A DNA stretch of 64,000 nucleotides from Candidatus Poribacteria bacterium (GTDB lineage Bacteria > Poribacteria > WGA-4E > WGA-3G): assembly GCA_965214095.1 (NCBI GenBank), contig OZ243938.1:1024001-1088000 (forward strand), written 5' to 3'. A program made the position numbers and the translations under genes. Each line of letters starts with the position of its first letter. The stretch's first letter is position 1. Positions 59,043 through 64,000 of this stretch are shown here, piece after piece. Below the pieces are notes generated by a model, which worked only from the letters and a program-made list of their open reading frames with translations, was not told where the DNA came from and did no database searches.

Positions 59043-59582
59043 ATGCCAAAAAAATCAACAGGCAAGAACAAATATCAGAAGAAGGCACACCGACGACGCG
59101 AAGATCGCTTACGCGGCGATGATATTGAATACTACCTATCACTTGCCTATTCTGATAATCCTGATGATCGTGCATTAGCAATGGAAAACCTCTGTCCATG
59201 CCACGTCCGCAAACGTATTGATGCAGTATGGGTGGCATTATATAAAGGGATGGTTGACCCCGACTTACATGTGCGACGTGCCGCATGGCATACTCTTGAC
59301 GATGGTGGAAACCCGAATGACCCAAGACTGCAGCCACTCCTTCAGAAAATCGCAAAAACAGAAACCGATACAACTTTACGTCAACGCGCACGCAATCTCA
59401 TTAAGGAAACCGAAACAATAGAAGAACAGAAAAAAGCACTCTTAGCACAGAACACACACACTTTTTCAGGACGATGTGATTGGTGTGGAACATCAAATGT
59501 CTCTGTCACTTACGATTATGAAACAGAATTTGAAACCGATGGTACAAAACGATTCGCATTAGTATGTGCGGATTGTAACTAA
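59043..59582 (+). CDS. HEAT-repeat protein with C-terminal zinc ribbon
   Basis: CPCH, DPDLHVRRAA HEAT unit, CDWC...CADC. Confidence 0.7.
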   Translation: MPKKSTGKNKYQKKAHRRREDRLRGDDIEYYLSLAYSDNPDDRALAMENLCPCHVRKRIDAVWVALYKGMVDPDLHVRRAAWHTLDDGGNPNDPRLQPLLQKIAKTETDTTLRQRARNLIKETETIEEQKKALLAQNTHTFSGRCDWCGTSNVSVTYDYETEFETDGTKRFALVCADCN

Positions 59583-59678
59583 GCCGAAAATCAGAAAAAC
59601 AAAATTGCTGAAAATTAATTGAAGAAAAATAAATCTTGACACAACATAATACATAACCTTTGCGCAAGGTGGACTTTT

Positions 59679-60236
59679 ATGATTCCAGATGATGTATACG
59701 TACATAAAACAGTAGAAGGCGATGTTGAAGCGTTCAACGAATTGGTTAATCGCCATCAATCCAAAATATATGGACTTGCATTCCGCATGCTCGGAAATGC
59801 AGAAGATGCCAAAGATGCCACGCAAGAAACATTCTTAGAGGCATATAAATCTATAAAATCTTTTCGTTTCCAATCACAATTCGGAACATGGTTATATCGC
59901 GTTGGACTCAACACGTGTAATCAATTTATCCGAAAATCCAAGTCCCGCAACAGAATGATTGAGGCGTACACCGAAGAATCGGCTGCACGCGGTTTGACTG
60001 TTGAACATAATGTCCCCGAACGCAAGGCATTAAAGACTGAACAAAGTCAAGTAGTTCAAGCTGCTATTGACCGTTTGCCACCAAAGCAGCGTGAAGTGGT
60101 GACACTCTTTTATATGCAGCATCTCAAATACAAAGAGATCGCTGAAATACTTGACTGTTCTATCGGAACCGTTGCCTCCAGATTGAACAAGGCAACGCAG
60201 AACCTTAAAACAAAATTGGAAAAATACTATTATTGA
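59679..60236 (+). CDS. ECF RNA polymerase sigma factor
   Basis: DAKDATQETF, FGTWLYR, EIAEILDCSIGTVASRL. Confidence 0.93.
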   Translation: MIPDDVYVHKTVEGDVEAFNELVNRHQSKIYGLAFRMLGNAEDAKDATQETFLEAYKSIKSFRFQSQFGTWLYRVGLNTCNQFIRKSKSRNRMIEAYTEESAARGLTVEHNVPERKALKTEQSQVVQAAIDRLPPKQREVVTLFYMQHLKYKEIAEILDCSIGTVASRLNKATQNLKTKLEKYYY

Positions 60237-60291
60237 GTATTACGATTGCTACGTGAACAATCTCATAAACTATATTAGTGAGGATTGTTAA

Positions 60292-60975
60292 ATGAAATGT
60301 GAACAAACTCGTGAACACTTAGTATTACACCGTCAAGATTCCAGATTAACTGGAACGAAACGGCAAGAATTTCTAAAACATCTACGTGGATGTGAGAACT
60401 GCCAAATTGAATATGAAGGGCTCATGCATACTGCTACGGTGTTAGGAAATCTTGAAGCACCAACACCTCCCCCTGATTTACTCGGGAATATCCAGAACAA
60501 AATCAGGGAAATCCATAAACAGAACCAAACTGCATTCTTTGCAAACCCGTTTTCATGGCTTTTCAATAAAGTCAATTTAGACCTTTCACCTCGGTTTGTC
60601 AATAGTGTCGCACTGCTTTGTTATCTGGTTGCGTCCGCTTTTATAGTAAAGTTCGCATTTTTTCCAGATGCACCAAAGCAGCCCCTCGGTCTGACTGCAA
60701 TGGAAGCATCCCGTTTAGTAAAACCGGGGCAAACTTCACCATCACAATTAGGATCACTGAAGTTTAAAAGTGTCCAGGAAAAGTCAAAACTATCTTCTAA
60801 TGTTATAGGAGAGAATAGTATTGACCTTTCTCGTCCATTCGTAGACACTAAATCAGAGGAAATGTGGCACATTATTACCGACAATCAGGATGGAGAAACC
60901 GTTGATGCACACTTCCAGGAAACTATGAACGAAAAACTCACACTTTTCTGGAATGACATAAAGTCAAACCTATAA
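60292..60975 (+). CDS. Zinc-finger (ZAS) anti-sigma factor
   Basis: HLRGCENC followed by a TM helix; directly downstream of the ECF sigma. Confidence 0.85.
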   Translation: MKCEQTREHLVLHRQDSRLTGTKRQEFLKHLRGCENCQIEYEGLMHTATVLGNLEAPTPPPDLLGNIQNKIREIHKQNQTAFFANPFSWLFNKVNLDLSPRFVNSVALLCYLVASAFIVKFAFFPDAPKQPLGLTAMEASRLVKPGQTSPSQLGSLKFKSVQEKSKLSSNVIGENSIDLSRPFVDTKSEEMWHIITDNQDGETVDAHFQETMNEKLTLFWNDIKSNL

Positions 60976-61022
60976 GGAGAACTATATAACCTGCCCCACA
61001 TTTATATTAATCTCAGTTCAAG

Positions 61023-61056
61023 AAAAGAGGCACAACATTTCGTGCCTCTTTTTTTA
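61023..61056 (+). terminator. Intrinsic terminator
   Basis: AAAAGAGGCAC-loop-GTGCCTCTTTTTTT. Confidence 0.85.
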
Positions 61057-61158
61057 TGCATACGAGTATTACTAAAATAAGATTGACCAACTCACATTTT
61101 AACGATAAAATATATCCACATATTCACATTATAAAACGTTTGTTTATCGGACTTAAAA

Positions 61159-62235
61159 TTGACACAACCATTACTTGAAGTCTCAAATTTAAAAACGGTA
61201 TTCCCCACAGAGGGTGGACTTGTCCACGCTGTAAACGATGTCAGTTTTTCTATTGGACGTGGTAAAACTGTCGGCATTGTCGGAGAAAGCGGATGTGGGA
61301 AAAGCATCACCGGTCTCTCCCTACTCCAACTTGTGCCAAATCCGGGTAGAATTGAAGCAGGCGAGATACTGTTTTACCGTGAAGAAGACGAAACGCCGTT
61401 AAACATAACACAAGTATCACCGCGTAGCAAATTGATGCGTGATATCAGAGGCAACGAAATCGCATTTATTTTTCAGGAACCGATGACTTCTCTCAATCCT
61501 GTCTTTACCGTTGGAGACCAAATTGTTGAAGCAATTGTTCTACACCACGAACAAGAACGGACATTACTGTCCCGTTTGGGTTTGCATACCAATTTAAGTT
61601 GGGCAAGGCAACTTGCTATTAAGATGCTGGAACGTGTCGGAATTCCTGCCCCTGAACAGAGAGTAGATGAATACCCACATCAACTTTCTGGGGGCATGCG
61701 TCAACGGGTCATGATCGCAATGGCTTTGTGTTGTGAACCTGCACTTCTCATAGCGGATGAACCCACCACAGCACTTGATGTGACTATACAAGCACAAGTG
61801 CTCGCTCTTATGCAGGAGCTGCAAGCAGAAATTGGTATGGCTATTATGCTAATTACACATGACCTCGGCATTATCGCTGACATGGCAGACGAAGTGGTTG
61901 TTATGTATGCAGGACGCGTTGTTGAAAAGGGTACCGTTGATGACATCTTCTATAATCCATTACATCCATACACACGCGGTTTGCTCAATTCCATTCCAAC
62001 GCTCAGCGGCACTCAGCAAAATACTTTGGCTTCAATTCCAGGAACGGTGCCGCATCCGTTGGCACTTCCTATCGGATGCTCTTTTCAACCAAGATGTACA
62101 GAAAGTATACAAGATTGTGAACAAATGCCAGAACTCAAGACTTATGCACCCAACAATAGTGTAGAAATAGAAAACGACACCCATACAGTGAGATGTTGGC
62201 TTTGTGAGGAAAAACCCCATGTCCAAACTGCTTGA
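61159..62235 (+). CDS. oppD: Oligopeptide/dipeptide ABC transporter ATPase
   Basis: [24 protein letters not shown]. Confidence 0.9.
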   Translation: MTQPLLEVSNLKTVFPTEGGLVHAVNDVSFSIGRGKTVGIVGESGCGKSITGLSLLQLVPNPGRIEAGEILFYREEDETPLNITQVSPRSKLMRDIRGNEIAFIFQEPMTSLNPVFTVGDQIVEAIVLHHEQERTLLSRLGLHTNLSWARQLAIKMLERVGIPAPEQRVDEYPHQLSGGMRQRVMIAMALCCEPALLIADEPTTALDVTIQAQVLALMQELQAEIGMAIMLITHDLGIIADMADEVVVMYAGRVVEKGTVDDIFYNPLHPYTRGLLNSIPTLSGTQQNTLASIPGTVPHPLALPIGCSFQPRCTESIQDCEQMPELKTYAPNNSVEIENDTHTVRCWLCEEKPHVQTA

Positions 62236-63217
62236 TGTAAAAAACCTTCGAAAATACTTTCCAATAAGAAAGGGAATTCTCCGCCGCACCGTCGGACATG
62301 TCAAAGCAGTCGATGGAATCAGTTTCGATGTGCATCGCGGTGAAACACTTGGCTTAGTTGGAGAAAGCGGATGCGGAAAAACTACCGCAAGTAGATGTCT
62401 ACTCAGACTCATCACACCAACAGAAGGTAATTTTACTTTCGGAGAAGAACAAGTAGATTTAGCAAAATTAACTGCTAAACAGATGCGTCCTTTCCGCAGA
62501 CGTATACAGATGATTTTTCAAGACCCTCAGTCATCGCTAAATCCCCGCATGACAGTAGCAAATATCGTCGGTGAACCACTGCGTGTTAACCGGACAGTCA
62601 GAAGAGATAAACTGCAAGACAAAATCGTTGAACTGTTAGAATCGGTTGGTTTGACATCACAAGACATGCGACGGTATCCCCATGCATTCAGTGGAGGACA
62701 ACGCCAACGTATCGGGATTGCCCGCGCCTTAGCCTTGCAACCAGAATTGATCGTTGCAGATGAACCTGTGTCCGCGCTTGACGTGTCAGTACAAGCCCAA
62801 ATCCTCAATCTGTTGGCAGAGTTGCGTGAAAAGTTTCAACTCTCTTATATTTTCATAGCACACGATCTCAGCGTTGTTAGACATATCAGCGACCGTGTAG
62901 CAGTGATGTATCTCGGTAAAATCGTGGAAATTAGTGCTGCAGAACAACTCTACAAATCCCCCAAACACCCGTATACTGAAGCATTGATATCGGCAGTACC
63001 AATTCCTGATCCCAAAAAACAACGCAAACGTGAACTGATTCGTCTTGAAGGGGATGTACCAGATCCATCTCAACCCCCACCAGGTTGTCATTTTCATCCA
63101 AGGTGCATTTATGCAGAAGACTTATGTAAAACAGAAACACCTGAACTTCGTGAGGTATCACCCGGTGTCAAAGTCGCATGCCATTTAAGTGATACATTGA
63201 AATTAAATGGAGTATAA
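62219..63217 (+). CDS. oppF: Oligopeptide/dipeptide ABC transporter ATPase
   Basis: [25 protein letters not shown]. Confidence 0.9.
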   Translation: MSKLLDVKNLRKYFPIRKGILRRTVGHVKAVDGISFDVHRGETLGLVGESGCGKTTASRCLLRLITPTEGNFTFGEEQVDLAKLTAKQMRPFRRRIQMIFQDPQSSLNPRMTVANIVGEPLRVNRTVRRDKLQDKIVELLESVGLTSQDMRRYPHAFSGGQRQRIGIARALALQPELIVADEPVSALDVSVQAQILNLLAELREKFQLSYIFIAHDLSVVRHISDRVAVMYLGKIVEISAAEQLYKSPKHPYTEALISAVPIPDPKKQRKRELIRLEGDVPDPSQPPPGCHFHPRCIYAEDLCKTETPELREVSPGVKVACHLSDTLKLNGV

Positions 63218-63379
63218 GCATGATTATACAAAAACATCTATGCTGAAGAATTAATTTATGATAATACAGAAGAACACACAAGAAACATAGAAAGAGTATA
63301 CTAAAGTTTCTCTGATGATCTCAATGTGTTCACCAATTCTCTTGCCCAAATTAAAGAAGATGGATAAAGGAGTAGATAT

Positions 63380-64000
63380 ATGTCAACAGACACAGATATC
63401 GGATTTTTTGCAACTGACGTTTCATTAGAAAATAGTGCTGCAATCGTAACCGGGTCCAGTAGAGGAATTGGACGCGCAATCGCTATTGAATTAGCACGTC
63501 AAGGTGCTGACGTACTCGTCAATTATAATCAGAATCGGGATGCAGCCGAAGCAGTGAAGGAAGAAGTCGAGTCATTTGGTAGAAAGGCAGCGGTCATCCA
63601 AGCGGATATTAGCGACTTAGACGTACACCAAAGAATGCTTGAAACTGCACACAACGTTTTCGGTAAGGTAAATATTCTTATAAACAATGCTGGTATCACC
63701 CGTATCGCTGATATTCTTGAGGAAACACCAGAGCAATTTGATCTGCTGCTGAATACGAACTTAAAGGCACCACATTTTCTCACACAACGCGTTGCAAACT
63801 ACATGGTAGAAAATGAAATCCGCGGTTGTATCATTTATACACTTTCTATTTCCGATACAATGGCATCCGACAATCGGACAGCATACTGTATTTCAAAGGC
63901 TGGATTAGAGATGAGCATGCGTGCTTATGCAGGTCGGTTAGCAATGCATGGAATTAAGGTAAATGGAATTGCTGCAGGTGTGATCAATACAGACCTATCC
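63380..64000 (+). CDS. SDR-family oxidoreductase (3'-truncated by window)
   Basis: AAGGAG RBS; VTGSSRGIG, NNAG, YCISK. Confidence 0.9.
   Translation, partial: MSTDTDIGFFATDVSLENSAAIVTGSSRGIGRAIAIELARQGADVLVNYNQNRDAAEAVKEEVESFGRKAAVIQADISDLDVHQRMLETAHNVFGKVNILINNAGITRIADILEETPEQFDLLLNTNLKAPHFLTQRVANYMVENEIRGCIIYTLSISDTMASDNRTAYCISKAGLEMSMRAYAGRLAMHGIKVNGIAAGVINTDLS

Noticed and set aside
63219-63367. Small ORF between oppF and the SDR gene
   Set aside because: Interrupted by stops, with no recognisable similarity
1-64000. CRISPR array, rRNA, tRNA, diversity-generating retroelement
   Set aside because: No regularly spaced repeat-spacer array, no recognisable rRNA or tRNA, and no reverse transcriptase seen

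Overview
Bacterial chromosomal window, almost entirely + strand, with scrambled operons. The gene content suggests Candidatus Poribacteria or a related sponge symbiont (inference): FG-GAP/ASPIC proteins, a 2279-aa LRR-cadherin protein with a YPNPFNPETWIPY tail, and VEPxGKxxTTWG C-termini. Ordinary content: a TPP-riboswitch thiXY-thiO-thiS-thiG operon, GlnT/GmaS-type ligase, purH, gatB, pepP, oxidoreductases, hydrolases, ABC ATPases and an ECF sigma/anti-sigma pair. Less ordinary content: (1) several families of miniature mobile elements nested in each other, where TA-flanked Correia-like MITEs each carry a different GTAG-type REP hairpin and one copy provides empty-site evidence for TA duplication; (2) a ~410-bp protein-less IS200/IS605 element with both end hairpins, a TnpB NADWNA remnant and a structured omegaRNA-like scaffold; (3) a secreted-protein cluster sharing a short TWG C-terminal motif; (4) a VLR-like LRR/cadherin adhesin; (5) an MvaI-like restriction-modification cassette plus a DPQY methyltransferase inserted between gatB and potA; (6) several decayed toxin-antitoxin remnants. 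No rRNA, tRNA or CRISPR array was seen. All calls come from reading the sequence by eye; no searches were run.
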